In this document: piece after piece, positions 44,508-54,679 of the stretch
Layout of the letters: each line of letters opens with the position of its first letter
How positions within the stretch are numbered: position 1 is the first letter of the stretch
From: a virus
Length of the DNA: 64,000 bases
Virus record (IMG/VR): IMGVR_UViG_3300023212_000059
Span: 602 to 64,601 of that record
Direction: 5' to 3' (one strand)
Position numbers and translations under genes: made by a program
Notes under the pieces: generated by a model
What the model saw: the letters and a program-made list of their open reading frames with translations, nothing else
Databases searched by the model: none
Told to the model about the DNA's origin: nothing

Positions 44508-44878
44508 TGCGGCCTCCGCTCGTGTAGCATCTTCTGATTCAACGCCTGCGCCGAGGCACACAGATCGTTGGGGTTGATCGGGCGCTCCTGCAACGTCTGC
44601 TCGACTCTTTGCTCTGCCCGATGACGAGCTTCTTCGGCAGCCTTCAGACGAGCAGCCACTTCAGCCGCACGTTGCTCCGCTTCTTTGCGAAGCTTCTCGG
44701 TCGCATCAGAGCACGCCTTTGCATCAGCAATAGCATCAGCGCGGGCGGCTTGAAGCGCACCGATCTTCTCCAGGTCGTGGGTGTGGACCTTGTAGAGAAT
44801 AGTTGTCGTGAAGGACAGCACGACAATCGCTATCAGAAGCCACGTGGTCGGACGAAGCAGGAGCGCCGCGAACGGCAT
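44504..44878 (-). CDS. i-spanin-like protein (Rz-like)
   Basis: N-terminal TM segment plus long coiled coil; directly upstream of the lipoprotein. Confidence 0.65.
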   Translation of the reverse strand: MPFAALLLRPTTWLLIAIVVLSFTTTILYKVHTHDLEKIGALQAARADAIADAKACSDATEKLRKEAEQRAAEVAARLKAAEEARHRAEQRVEQTLQERPINPNDLCASAQALNQKMLHERRPQ

Positions 44879-45063
44879 TACTTGCTCGCCACGACCTTGT
44901 CGGCCGGATGGCGAACGACCGAGTACACGCCCTTCACGACGTACTCGACGGCGTCGAGTACCTTGGCGATCTGGTTGCGGAACCGATAGCCGGCGAAGAC
45001 GGCCACGCCCGAGAGCAAGAGATTTTCGAGGACGAACCCGACACCCTTAAGAACCAGAGCTTC
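44878..45063 (-). CDS. small membrane protein (holin/antiholin-like)
   Basis: TM segment; in the lysis cassette. Confidence 0.45.
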   Translation of the reverse strand, partial: EALVLKGVGFVLENLLLSGVAVFAGYRFRNQIAKVLDAVEYVVKGVYSVVRHPADKVVASK

Positions 45064-45298
45064 CATTTCCGTTCTCCTTCTTCCCACCCCACTTGAGGGT
45101 CAGGAACTTCATCGCGGCGGCCGATCCGCCGACCGTGGCGCCGTACGTCAAGAACAGCAGCGACGACGCTTCACTCGGTTGCGCCAACCACATCGTTTTG
45201 AGGAACGCGGCCGTCATCGCCGCGAAGGCGATGTTGGACCAGACCTTGTGATGGTCGAGGCGATTTGCTTCATCGCAGACCAGATCACGAAGAGCCAT
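45047..45298 (-). CDS. holin-like protein
   Basis: Two TM segments, basic C-terminus; in the lysis cassette. Confidence 0.55.
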   Translation of the reverse strand: MALRDLVCDEANRLDHHKVWSNIAFAAMTAAFLKTMWLAQPSEASSLLFLTYGATVGGSAAAMKFLTLKWGGKKENGNGSSGS

Positions 45299-45448
45299 TC
45301 CCGTTCCTTCCAGCGTACCCGAACATCACGAACGACTCCTTACCGCACGCCTCACACTTCCAGACAAGCCACGGGTCGCCGGCACGTTTCATCAGATTAC
45401 CACAAGAACACCGTCGAGTCCAGACCACCACCGCGTCGAGCATAACCT

Positions 45449-45715
45449 TCACGACGGTCCTCCCGTTGGATATTCGGGCGGCGCCGGCTGTTGAGAGTTA
45501 TCCAACCACTCCTGCTCGTGCTTCCGAATCTGTTCGATCTGTTGCTTGCGGCGTTCCTGCTCGCTCTTCGAGTCGGTCCTGGGGTCGTACCACTGACCAC
45601 AGACTGCTCGATAGGCGTCTGAGGCGCATATCCGTTTGGCCTCGTCGCTGGCATCCTCGGCAGAGGCAATTCCCGCTAGCAGGAAAATCAGAGCGGCCCC
45701 GACGAAGACTCTCAT
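45449..45715 (-). CDS. secreted hypothetical protein
   Basis: Sec signal ...IASA-EDA; two Cys. Confidence 0.55.
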   Translation of the reverse strand: MRVFVGAALIFLLAGIASAEDASDEAKRICASDAYRAVCGQWYDPRTDSKSEQERRKQQIEQIRKHEQEWLDNSQQPAPPEYPTGGPS

Positions 45716-46194
45716 CCCATTCTCGGCTTGGCTTCGCGATCAGGCTCGCCCGGCCTAGCCGTCCATGCGTTGCAGCATCCGCCGACGTTGTTGATCGGGA
45801 ACTCCTCGATGCACGGATGCTGACACGTCGGCGAGCCGTCGCCGTACCGGCAGTTGCCACACGTCGTGTCGCCTATGCCCCAACCCGATTCCTCTGGAGT
45901 CAACGAGCCCCACTGCTCCACCATAGCTAACAGCGTAGGTGTTCCGGGTGTGAATAGCCCACACACGTTGAAGGCTTGGTCCAGCATCTTCGGGCCGTGC
46001 AGCACGCACCGCTTCGCGTCTTCAACCCAATGCATACACCGGTCGCACCGAGCCGGTCCCATGCTGTCGATGTACAAAACTTCTGACGCCGTCATCCTCT
46101 GCCTGATAATGTTTGCTCTACTGGCCATCTTCACCACCTGATTAGAAAATGCATCACGACCGCGAAGGCTACGCCAAGTAACGCGCACAGCCAA
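45712..46194 (-). CDS. tandem HiPIP-like Cys-cluster protein
   Basis: Two C-x2-C-x8/9-C-x14/15-C motifs. Confidence 0.5.
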   Translation of the reverse strand: MAVRVTWRSLRGRDAFSNQVVKMASRANIIRQRMTASEVLYIDSMGPARCDRCMHWVEDAKRCVLHGPKMLDQAFNVCGLFTPGTPTLLAMVEQWGSLTPEESGWGIGDTTCGNCRYGDGSPTCQHPCIEEFPINNVGGCCNAWTARPGEPDREAKPRMG

Positions 46195-46197
46195 ACT

Positions 46198-46611
46198 TTA
46201 CTCCGCATTTTTCACCACGATCTGGAACGTGCCGCCCTTCGCACGCATCCTGTCGATAAGGTCTTTGACAGCCGCTCGCGATGCACCGATCATGTCGATG
46301 TCCAGTTGCCGCTCGTAGCCGCAGAGGACGCAACCTTCAGAATCCGCCGCTCGATTGCCGGCGTGCATCTCGATGCCCTGACGACCAGGCACGTTCTCAA
46401 TGTGTGGTAGCACCTCGTCCGGGTATGGGGTCCAGAGTCGAGGATTGTACGTTTTTCGGAGCGTCACTTCGTACGTTCCAGCAGGGATGCACTTCCACTC
46501 TGGGTCCGATGGCGTGCGCTCCAGCGTGTAGCAGAAAAACGAACCATCTACGAAAAGCTCGCCAGGCGTCGAATTCGCAGACGGCATACGTCGGTTAAGA
46601 ATCAGTTGCAT
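46198..46611 (-). CDS. DUF5675 family putative endolysin/peptidase
   Basis: TPGEL..DG.F.CYTLE...CIPAGTY...VPGRQGIEMHAGN...SEGCVLCG. Confidence 0.8.
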   Translation of the reverse strand: MQLILNRRMPSANSTPGELFVDGSFFCYTLERTPSDPEWKCIPAGTYEVTLRKTYNPRLWTPYPDEVLPHIENVPGRQGIEMHAGNRAADSEGCVLCGYERQLDIDMIGASRAAVKDLIDRMRAKGGTFQIVVKNAE

Positions 46612-46747
46612 GGTTTTCTCCTATGACACCCACAGTTGTGCGGGGAATCGTCAGTTACATCCGAACAAGCCGGACACTCCGGTCCATCCTCGTCGGCCTC
46701 ATCCAGAATCGGTGTGTTGTGCTTTTCGTTGTCCATTTTTTCCCTCC

Positions 46748-48490
46748 CTACGGTTGCACGACTGGAGGAACGAACCGCTGGATGGACCGCAACACCTGCG
46801 GATCGTCGATGATCTGCCACGCCATCCCTCTCTCAAGTACAAAGACTCCAGGCTGTTCCGGATATGGTGCGAAGGTCGTCGTAGCCGGGACGAGAAGTGC
46901 CGCAGGCAATTTCTTCATGTTCCCAACACTCCCGAACTTCTGATCCTTGGAATCCACGACCGGAGAAATGCTGGAAGGACTTAGTATACTCCATCCTCCC
47001 TGCACAAAGAAGAGACCACTGGCGTTTCGGCTGTCGTAGAGGAAATCGGGAAGCAGCAACCTGATCGGAAACGTCAGAGTACCAACCGTCGTCGAGAAGA
47101 AATTCGAAACCAAATTCGGTCCTGACCCAATCTGTACCGCAGAGCCAACCGTCGGTGAGACCGCCGAGCTTCCAGGATCGAAGTTCAGAATGAAGACGTT
47201 GTTGTTCGTGTCAAACCAAAGCACGTGGCGTCGAGTGGCTTGCCACTGTTGGCTACCCAAGCCGGTCCTGGAGAAGAGCGAAGCGAATGCTTCGCTGAGA
47301 ACACCGTTCTGAAGCTGCCTGCCAGCGGCGATCAGAAACGTGTATGGACTGTTCGCGATATTTACTGAGAGAAAGTTCCCTGGAACCGTAGGCGCCGGCA
47401 TCGTCGCCTGCGTCACGACAGCGACTCGTTCGTTGCCTGCGAGAACGAAGATAGGAGTCGAGGACTGTCGCCACATAGTTCCAGTCTGGTTCGCTCCAAT
47501 CGCTCTAGCGGAAGGCGGAGTCTGAATGACGATAGGCGGCGCTGCTGTGACGTCCGCGATCATCGTTGTCTCGAACTGCCCCAGAAATGCAGCGAAAGCG
47601 CTATCACCCGCGATCACATCGTAGACAACGATCAGATGAGCACGCTCATCGAGCACAAGCTGGATAGGCGTCGAGGTAACCGCCAGAGCGTTCTGAACAG
47701 TTCCCGTGCCTATCGTGTTCCACACAGTCGTGTCATTGTGGAAGAAATACTTGACGCTGGTCAGGCCGAAACCAAGGTTGGTACTCGGGACCGTGAACTG
47801 ATTGCCGGACGGAGTACCAAACACGTTGTTGTCGAAGTTCGCGGACTGATAGCTCACGGTTACAGCCGAGCCAAGGATCGAATCAAGCGTGTACGTTGCG
47901 TCAAGAGTTGCCTTGGCGATTGTGCCGATGGCGTACTGAGTGTTCGGCCTCCGATTGAGCTTGAAGACGAAAATCGGAGACGAGTGCATAGTCGAAGTCT
48001 GGAAGAGCAGGAACCGGTCATTGGCGAGTCCCCATTGCACAGTGTCCAAGTAGCTCAACGTCGGGTCCGGGTGCAAGAACTGCGTCAATCCGAGTGGCGT
48101 GACCTGACTGAGGTTTCGGAACCAAACATCGAGCGATCCTGATGCAGGATTCGTCGCGATGAACAGTTCCTCGACAACTTCTCCACCAGCAGGAAGTGGC
48201 CTGATCCCCTGAGCCGCTTGCGCATGATGGTCAATGATGACAGCCGGCGCGCTCTCGTTCCATCCAACCGGCACCTGCTGACCAGCGTGGACGTTAGTAC
48301 CATCGCCCGTCGTCGCAATGTTGCTTCCAAGAACTGAGAAGTGTCCGTTCCCAAGCTCAGCATCGACCGTCTCGAACGTGATCTTCTGAATCTTCGTGGC
48401 GCCAGTCTTCGCGTTCGAGTCCCGAATGGCTTCAATCGACGTCTTGATAGTGCGCGGAGGGAAGCTACGCATTTTACTTGACACTCCCAA
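46748..48490 (-). CDS. tail tip / putative receptor-binding protein
   Basis: 580 aa, S/T/G-rich beta-strand character; last gene of the tail module. Confidence 0.55.
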   Translation of the reverse strand: MGVSSKMRSFPPRTIKTSIEAIRDSNAKTGATKIQKITFETVDAELGNGHFSVLGSNIATTGDGTNVHAGQQVPVGWNESAPAVIIDHHAQAAQGIRPLPAGGEVVEELFIATNPASGSLDVWFRNLSQVTPLGLTQFLHPDPTLSYLDTVQWGLANDRFLLFQTSTMHSSPIFVFKLNRRPNTQYAIGTIAKATLDATYTLDSILGSAVTVSYQSANFDNNVFGTPSGNQFTVPSTNLGFGLTSVKYFFHNDTTVWNTIGTGTVQNALAVTSTPIQLVLDERAHLIVVYDVIAGDSAFAAFLGQFETTMIADVTAAPPIVIQTPPSARAIGANQTGTMWRQSSTPIFVLAGNERVAVVTQATMPAPTVPGNFLSVNIANSPYTFLIAAGRQLQNGVLSEAFASLFSRTGLGSQQWQATRRHVLWFDTNNNVFILNFDPGSSAVSPTVGSAVQIGSGPNLVSNFFSTTVGTLTFPIRLLLPDFLYDSRNASGLFFVQGGWSILSPSSISPVVDSKDQKFGSVGNMKKLPAALLVPATTTFAPYPEQPGVFVLERGMAWQIIDDPQVLRSIQRFVPPVVQP

Positions 48491-48767
48491 GAATCAACAG
48501 CTTCCCGTTATCAGCCTTGATGACCCAGACCAACATTCCGGCTACCAACGGCTCGTCCGTCGCAATGCTCGCGTTCGTGGTCAGGTTTCTCCAAGTGACG
48601 ATCGCGTCTCCCTGACCCGGCGACTGCACCGTGGCCGTCTCTAAAAACGCCGCCTCGCCACGCTGCGTGTCAGCACGGACTCCGAGCGTTTGGTCGTTGC
48701 GGACCGCCTGTGGATCACGGTTCACAGCGAACCCTGTCATCATGTTGACCAGCCGACGGATTGCCAT
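48474..48767 (-). CDS. small tail-associated protein
   Basis: Position; OB-fold-like pattern. Confidence 0.5.
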   Translation of the reverse strand: MAIRRLVNMMTGFAVNRDPQAVRNDQTLGVRADTQRGEAAFLETATVQSPGQGDAIVTWRNLTTNASIATDEPLVAGMLVWVIKADNGKLLILGSVK

Positions 48768-48768
48768 T

Positions 48769-50682
48769 TTACTGCCACCCGAACGCGCGAGACTCGGAAA
48801 TCATTTGCGCGCTTGCTTTAGACTCATCGTATGACGTTCGAACCTCCGTGACGAGCAACGGCGGCAATGTGATCGCGTTTCCATCCGGGTCCGTCAATCC
48901 GGTAATCTGGATGATCACACCTCGCTGAAGCCACGGCATCGCGACACCGGAGAAAGATACTTCAAACTCAAAGTTCAGGCTGTTCTCGGCGGAGAACATC
49001 GCCGCAAGAAATTGCAGGTCCGCCCGGCTAAGGTTCTGGTTGCTGTACTCAACCGGCACAGCGAACGAAGCTGTCGAGAGCAAGAAGTCCAATTCAATCG
49101 GCACCTGAGCTTGCGAACCGTTCGGGATGAAGAACCCTCGACCGGAGCCGCCTGCCCGGTGACCCGCTGCGATTTGAGAGTCGCGTTTGACGAGCGTCCA
49201 CGGAATGCCGGCCGTGCCTCCTGTAGAGCTAGGCACAGGAGCCGCGTAGTCCTCCGTGACGATCTCAGTCATGCCAGGAGCAACGTCTGTGTACGTCTTG
49301 ATGTTCATGGAGTCAAAGCCCCACCCGCCGTTCAGGAACGTCTGCGTCGTGGTCGTCTCGCTGACAGTCTGAAAGTTCGCATCATACACGTATCGCTTGA
49401 TGATCCACTTCGCGGGGAGCAGTCCATTGACGCTTTGATCGAACTCAGAAGTCTTCGTCTCTTGAACATCGGGCAGCGGACCAATGGGAGTGTCAATGTA
49501 ATTGTTTCGAATCTCTTCGTGGAGAGTCTGGATTCCAGGCGTGGCACCTGCACCCGATGATCCTACGCTCGCAGGAACAGATACGCTAACACCCAACGAC
49601 GCCGGGATTGAAGGACTCTGAGGCACACCGACGAAGGGCTCGATGTTGATGCCCAAGTTTTGATTGCCCTCTCCTGTCGGCTGAGTCGGAAGAGCCAACG
49701 GATAAGTAAGGCTACCAGAAGCAGCAGTGATCGGACTGTAGACGTCCTTGTCTTGCTCTTTCAGAAGATTCTGCGGAAGCAAGTATACCGACCGTGTGAC
49801 AGTCGTGACACCGTTGGCCAGCGACGACTGAATGATGACAGTTTCCGTGTTCTGGTTCGGATTGTCCACAGAGACGTCGGTGAGGTTCTGATTCTGAAGC
49901 TGCCCAAGCAAGCGCAGTCGCCCAACCGTTCGGGTGACGCGCTTCCGAATTCTGATCATACCTCGGCGCATTTGAGCAATGCTCATCACGTATGTTGGAG
50001 TCAACGGGATGCTCTTCGCTCCTGGAGCGCCGCCGGAGAACGTCTGCCGATAGCGGATGATCACAGTCGAGCCTTGCAAGAACATATCGGCTCGAAATGG
50101 CTCAACCTGAACCCACGGCTCGATGAGTCTCTTCAGCGTCTCGGCTACACGGCCGCGAGCCTGGAACGTGCTCAAGATGTTGTAGTCACGAACCTGCCAC
50201 GACAGGTTGAGGCCGACCGAGCTTAGAAGGTCCTGAGCGATCTGCCGAGCCGTGAAGCGGCCGACCGCGAAGAGATGTCCGTTCGGGAACAGAATCGACG
50301 TCTTCTGAGCCGCCTTGATCTGGGCTAGCGTATTCTGACTGAGCCCAGGCGGCCCGAAGCCTTGCGTGACTTCCTGGAAGATGTACGTCTTCTCGAAGAT
50401 GCGGTCAAGCGCTGGTGCAGACGCATCCCGTCCGCGCACGCGGGTGACTTGAGTCTTCGGGTCGATGGTCAACTCCCACTCGTCGATGAAGCCATTGTTG
50501 ATCTGCGTGACGGTCTGGATGACTCCAACATTCGAGAGTCCGAGGGAAATCGTCATCTGGTCGCCGAACGCGCCGGTCGTAAACAGATCGGCACCGGCCG
50601 CCTCGGCGTTGAAGAAATCCGCCAGCAACTCCATTGTGGAGTCGAGGGACACTTGCTTGAAGAACTTCGTCGGTTGCGTCAT
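48769..50682 (-). CDS. tail hub/central tail protein
   Basis: 637 aa; TRVRGRD...; C-terminal PWLQRG..IQI typical of hub proteins. Confidence 0.6.
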   Translation of the reverse strand: MTQPTKFFKQVSLDSTMELLADFFNAEAAGADLFTTGAFGDQMTISLGLSNVGVIQTVTQINNGFIDEWELTIDPKTQVTRVRGRDASAPALDRIFEKTYIFQEVTQGFGPPGLSQNTLAQIKAAQKTSILFPNGHLFAVGRFTARQIAQDLLSSVGLNLSWQVRDYNILSTFQARGRVAETLKRLIEPWVQVEPFRADMFLQGSTVIIRYRQTFSGGAPGAKSIPLTPTYVMSIAQMRRGMIRIRKRVTRTVGRLRLLGQLQNQNLTDVSVDNPNQNTETVIIQSSLANGVTTVTRSVYLLPQNLLKEQDKDVYSPITAASGSLTYPLALPTQPTGEGNQNLGINIEPFVGVPQSPSIPASLGVSVSVPASVGSSGAGATPGIQTLHEEIRNNYIDTPIGPLPDVQETKTSEFDQSVNGLLPAKWIIKRYVYDANFQTVSETTTTQTFLNGGWGFDSMNIKTYTDVAPGMTEIVTEDYAAPVPSSTGGTAGIPWTLVKRDSQIAAGHRAGGSGRGFFIPNGSQAQVPIELDFLLSTASFAVPVEYSNQNLSRADLQFLAAMFSAENSLNFEFEVSFSGVAMPWLQRGVIIQITGLTDPDGNAITLPPLLVTEVRTSYDESKASAQMISESRAFGWQ

Positions 50683-52166
50683 GGCGTCTTGGTTACCACC
50701 GCTCGCGGAAGCTGAATGTCCGTGAACGCAGTGTTCGGGTTCGTGGCGCCGCTAGTGCCAGGGAGCACCGGAGACAGACCAGGAACGACTCGCCACGTGT
50801 TCTGAATACTTCCACTGAAAATCGTTTCCCGAATGTTCCAAACCTCCGACCTGCCGAGGATGAGCAGGATTTGCTGCACCATCCACGCTTGCAGCATCGA
50901 CACGACAGTGAAGTTTCGAACGTTCCACGACATCGCCATCGTGAACGGGTTAGTGCCGGCGTTCTCAATCGGGATGAGTGCATCGGTGCGGATGAAGTTC
51001 TGAGCGCTCTCAATCGGAATTCGAGCGCTTCGCCCTACGGTGAAGTTCTCGTAGGGAATTAGAGCATCACGAGTGACCGGTCCAAGGTTCTCTATCGGAA
51101 TTCGGGCATCTCGTGTTACCGGGCCTCCAGATACCAATATCCCTGCTACAAGGACGTTTTCGGAGACCAATGGAATCGCGGAGCCTCCGCTAGGCGTCAC
51201 TTGAAGCTTAAAGGTGTTCAGGACGTTGGCCTGTCCTGCGGGTAACGTAAGTCGAAGCCAAATGCCGTACTGATCTCCCGCGCCAAAACCTCCAGTGGTC
51301 GGGAGATTCTGAGGTGAAGTTCCAAATGCGGTGACTCCAGACGACGGTGCGACATGCCGGTTGTTTCCAGTACCATTGGTGCCTCCGGCATTGACCGTAG
51401 TCTCAAGAGCAAAAGCGATCAGTCCAGTCGGATCAGTCAGTGACATTGGAGACGTGGACAACCCCGTAGCGCTATCATTCTCCAAGAAGATTTTTTCGTA
51501 GAAGACTACCTGACTGCTAGGACTAGCAATCGCGTCGAAAAACGGCACTCTCATCTGATAGCATGTTCCAGGTCCAGAACTGGAACTGTCCATTGAGGCA
51601 CCGGTGGCGATCCTGAACTGACTGGTGTTGTTCGGCTGAGTGGCCCAATTATAGCTGACAGTCGCAACTTTGGTGGACCCGACGTATTGTGTAATCCGCC
51701 TGATCTGGTTGACACCAGTACCGCTTGTGATCCTGATGACCTGACCGGTGTAGAAGTCGTCTGTACCAGAAGCACCCGCGTCGAGCGTGATGGTATTCGT
51801 GCCACCAGCCTGAGCCGTACCAGTGCGAGTGGGAGTCTGATCCTCGAAGGAAATAGCATCGCCGCGAAGAGACAAAGTCGGTTCGAGGATTTTCAAAATC
51901 CTAGTCATCGTCGCCGAGAACAGAACAGGAGTCGTTCCATTAAGCGCGTGCGACTCTGTCTTCAGAACGTTGTTGGTGTCGAGGTAAGATACCGTAATCG
52001 TCTTGGTATCCGCAGATTCAGCTACAATCTGCGCCAAGCCGGATGACAACTCAACAAATTCTAATCGTGTCCCGTTATCGGCGAAACCTCCGATGGTCGT
52101 GACAGAGTCGTTGTCCGGCATGGTGCCGGAGCCAAGAAAGACTTCATTTGCCGGGATGAACGGCAT
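50679..52166 (-). CDS. minor tail protein (paralog of 52170..53156)
   Basis: RTGTAQAGG..TITLDAGAS..DDFY.G..IRIT.GTG.NQIR.I..Y domain; C-terminal RxPIE repeats. Confidence 0.65.
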   Translation of the reverse strand: MPFIPANEVFLGSGTMPDNDSVTTIGGFADNGTRLEFVELSSGLAQIVAESADTKTITVSYLDTNNVLKTESHALNGTTPVLFSATMTRILKILEPTLSLRGDAISFEDQTPTRTGTAQAGGTNTITLDAGASGTDDFYTGQVIRITSGTGVNQIRRITQYVGSTKVATVSYNWATQPNNTSQFRIATGASMDSSSSGPGTCYQMRVPFFDAIASPSSQVVFYEKIFLENDSATGLSTSPMSLTDPTGLIAFALETTVNAGGTNGTGNNRHVAPSSGVTAFGTSPQNLPTTGGFGAGDQYGIWLRLTLPAGQANVLNTFKLQVTPSGGSAIPLVSENVLVAGILVSGGPVTRDARIPIENLGPVTRDALIPYENFTVGRSARIPIESAQNFIRTDALIPIENAGTNPFTMAMSWNVRNFTVVSMLQAWMVQQILLILGRSEVWNIRETIFSGSIQNTWRVVPGLSPVLPGTSGATNPNTAFTDIQLPRAVVTKTP

Positions 52167-52169
52167 AGA

Positions 52170-53156
52170 TTATTGCGTGAAGCCCGTACCACGCATGACC
52201 AAGACAACGTTGGCTGCCGCTTGCCCAGGCGCCAGAGTGCGCTTGAGCCACACGCCGATGTTCGTCCCGCTGTGCGCCAACACGGCGCCGCCTGGGATGA
52301 CTTGCGGCGTTGTAGCGAACGAGATACCGGCCGGAGCCTGCTGCCGGTTGTTCCCGATGCCGTTTGTGCCAGAGTCGTTGACAGACGTCGCGAGACCGAA
52401 CGTCACATCGTTCAGAGGGTTGACTAGCTCGATGATGGAAGCGCCAGTCAGGTCAATCGAGCCGTGCCAGTTGGCGAAGAAAATCTTGTCGAAGTACGTC
52501 TTCGTCGCTCCACCCGGCACATCGGCGGCTGAGTTGAAGAATGGCCGACGAACCTGGAAAATCTCGTTTGGCTTCTTCTCAAACACCATGCCCTGTGAGA
52601 TGCGGAACTGTGACGTGGCATCCGGCTGCGTGGCCCACGCGTACGACACCTCGGCCACTTGAGACGCGCCCGTGTACTGAATGATCTCTCGAATCTGGTT
52701 AATGCCTGTACCAGCCGTGATTCGGATGACCATGTCCTGGTAGAAGTTGTCCACGTTGGACGCACCCGCGTCGAGCGTGATGGTCTCGACACCTCCAGCC
52801 GTTGCCGTACCTGTGCGGACCACGGCCTGGTTCTCGACCGCGATGTCTCCGACCGTTGTGGCGCTCTTCACACCCTTCAGAATCTCCAGGATGTTCGAGC
52901 CGAACAGAACGGGTATCGTACCGTTCAGCGTGTGGACTTCAGTCACCACGGCACCGCCAGACACGAGGAAGACTGAAAGCGTGACGGTCTGGGTCGTGTC
53001 AACGCTCGTGCTGCCGACGATCTGGGCCAGACCGGTAATATCGACGAATTCGACTTTCTTCGTCACATCGACGGCGCCGCCGATGGCCGTGACAGTGTCG
53101 TCGTCCGGCATGACTCCCGAGCCGTACCACTTCAGGTCCGAGTTGAGAATGCTCAC
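52170..53156 (-). CDS. minor tail protein
   Basis: Same domain as the downstream paralog. Confidence 0.65.
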   Translation of the reverse strand: MSILNSDLKWYGSGVMPDDDTVTAIGGAVDVTKKVEFVDITGLAQIVGSTSVDTTQTVTLSVFLVSGGAVVTEVHTLNGTIPVLFGSNILEILKGVKSATTVGDIAVENQAVVRTGTATAGGVETITLDAGASNVDNFYQDMVIRITAGTGINQIREIIQYTGASQVAEVSYAWATQPDATSQFRISQGMVFEKKPNEIFQVRRPFFNSAADVPGGATKTYFDKIFFANWHGSIDLTGASIIELVNPLNDVTFGLATSVNDSGTNGIGNNRQQAPAGISFATTPQVIPGGAVLAHSGTNIGVWLKRTLAPGQAAANVVLVMRGTGFTQ

Positions 53157-53157
53157 G

Positions 53158-54228
53158 TTAGAACTCCTTTATCGTGATGAGCGCGGTTCTCGGGTTACCG
53201 GATTCTGGAGTGCCTGAAGGCACGACCCTGTTCACCCAGAAGAAGAACTGCTGCCCAATGGCGAGGTTGCCGCTGAACACAGTGATAGGAAGCGTGTTCG
53301 TCAGAGTCGGCGGAATGCCGAAGCTGTTCAAGAACGTGTTCGCGCCAACCGTCGTAGCCGCACCCGAGTCCGTGAACGTCGTCGTGCCAGCCGTGAGAGT
53401 GGTCACGATAGACGGGCTCGGGTAGGAGCCCGATGTAGTCGAACGGTACAGAGTGTAGCTGGCCGCCGCCGGTACGTTCGCCCAGGAGAGCGTGACCTTC
53501 TTCGTCGTGTCCGTCACGTTGAACACGGCTTCTGTAGAAACTGAGATGACCACACCCGTCGAGTCAAACGCGACGAGGGTCCAGAACTTGTTCCCGGTGC
53601 CGCTCCACACCCCGCCTGCTCCAGCGAGCACAGCGCTCAGGAGCCAACTTCCTGACTGGTTCACTGAAGGCGGAGTGCCCGTGGTTGTGGCCGCGCCAGC
53701 GTCGGTGAATGTCCCCGTGCTCCCCAGAGTGGCCAAAAGTGTCGCGGCGCCGTACGAGCCCGGCGTTGGGGTCCGGTACACCTTGTAGCCGGTCGCTCCC
53801 GGAATGGTCGTCCAGGTCAACAACACCTGGTTGGCAACCGCGCCGACGTTGAACGTAGCTTCGAAGGAACCGATGGTCTCGCCGTTCCCATTGAACGCCG
53901 TGACCTTATACCCGTACGTGCCGGTCGCTCCGAACGCTCCACCGGTCGCGCTCGCGAGTATGGCTGTCAGTCCAAATGGAGGACTCAGCGTCACGGTATC
54001 GGTCGCGATCCGCAACTCTGTGAAGCCATCGTTCGAGCCCACGGCGTCGATTTCCACCTGAAGCCCGTTCGGGGCCGGCCCTGGACTCGTACCGAGAACA
54101 CGCGTACCGTTGTTCTCGAAGGCGAACTTGTGAGGCTGCTGGTTCACACCAGCGAAAGCATCGGGCCACGTGAAGCCCGTCAGAGTGGTGAATCCGTCTT
54201 GATCTACTTGTCGAACGCTCGCTGCCAT
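53158..54228 (-). CDS. tail protein with two FN3/Ig-like repeats
   Basis: LTW...PGA.GY.VYR...GSY...TFTD.G occurs twice. Confidence 0.65.
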   Translation of the reverse strand: MAASVRQVDQDGFTTLTGFTWPDAFAGVNQQPHKFAFENNGTRVLGTSPGPAPNGLQVEIDAVGSNDGFTELRIATDTVTLSPPFGLTAILASATGGAFGATGTYGYKVTAFNGNGETIGSFEATFNVGAVANQVLLTWTTIPGATGYKVYRTPTPGSYGAATLLATLGSTGTFTDAGAATTTGTPPSVNQSGSWLLSAVLAGAGGVWSGTGNKFWTLVAFDSTGVVISVSTEAVFNVTDTTKKVTLSWANVPAAASYTLYRSTTSGSYPSPSIVTTLTAGTTTFTDSGAATTVGANTFLNSFGIPPTLTNTLPITVFSGNLAIGQQFFFWVNRVVPSGTPESGNPRTALITIKEF

Positions 54229-54238
54229 CGTCGTCTCC

Positions 54239-54679
54239 CTAAGACCCGGTGTACGGCACGCCGATCAGATTGATGATGCTGATGACCTGCAAGTCCATCG
54301 TGTACGTGTACAGGCTGATCGTCGTCCCTGTCGGTCCTTGACCTTTGAGCCACGGGTCCACATAGAAATCTTTGATGAACACCGTGAAGCTGTTGTTCAA
54401 CCAATCCGTGAGCGAAAACACCCCGCCCGGTGTCCGGTAGAAGCCGTACAGGCTCAGCATGATGGACTCTTCGAGGAATCGTTCCCTCCCCGATCCCAAA
54501 TGGAGCATGTTGTCCTTCATGAATAAGCCGAAGTCCTGAATCGTCACGGTGCCACCGATGCCCATATGGACCGAGTGTCGTTTCAACCACTTCAACGGTT
54601 CGTATGGCTCCGGGTCTGTGCTGAACTGAACACCGCCGAGAAAAATCCCACCAAAGGGACCGAATGTTTCGACTGGCAT
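54239..54679 (-). CDS. distal tail (Dit)-like protein
   Basis: 146 aa, immediately after the tape measure gene. Confidence 0.5.
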   Translation of the reverse strand: MPVETFGPFGGIFLGGVQFSTDPEPYEPLKWLKRHSVHMGIGGTVTIQDFGLFMKDNMLHLGSGRERFLEESIMLSLYGFYRTPGGVFSLTDWLNNSFTVFIKDFYVDPWLKGQGPTGTTISLYTYTMDLQVISIINLIGVPYTGS

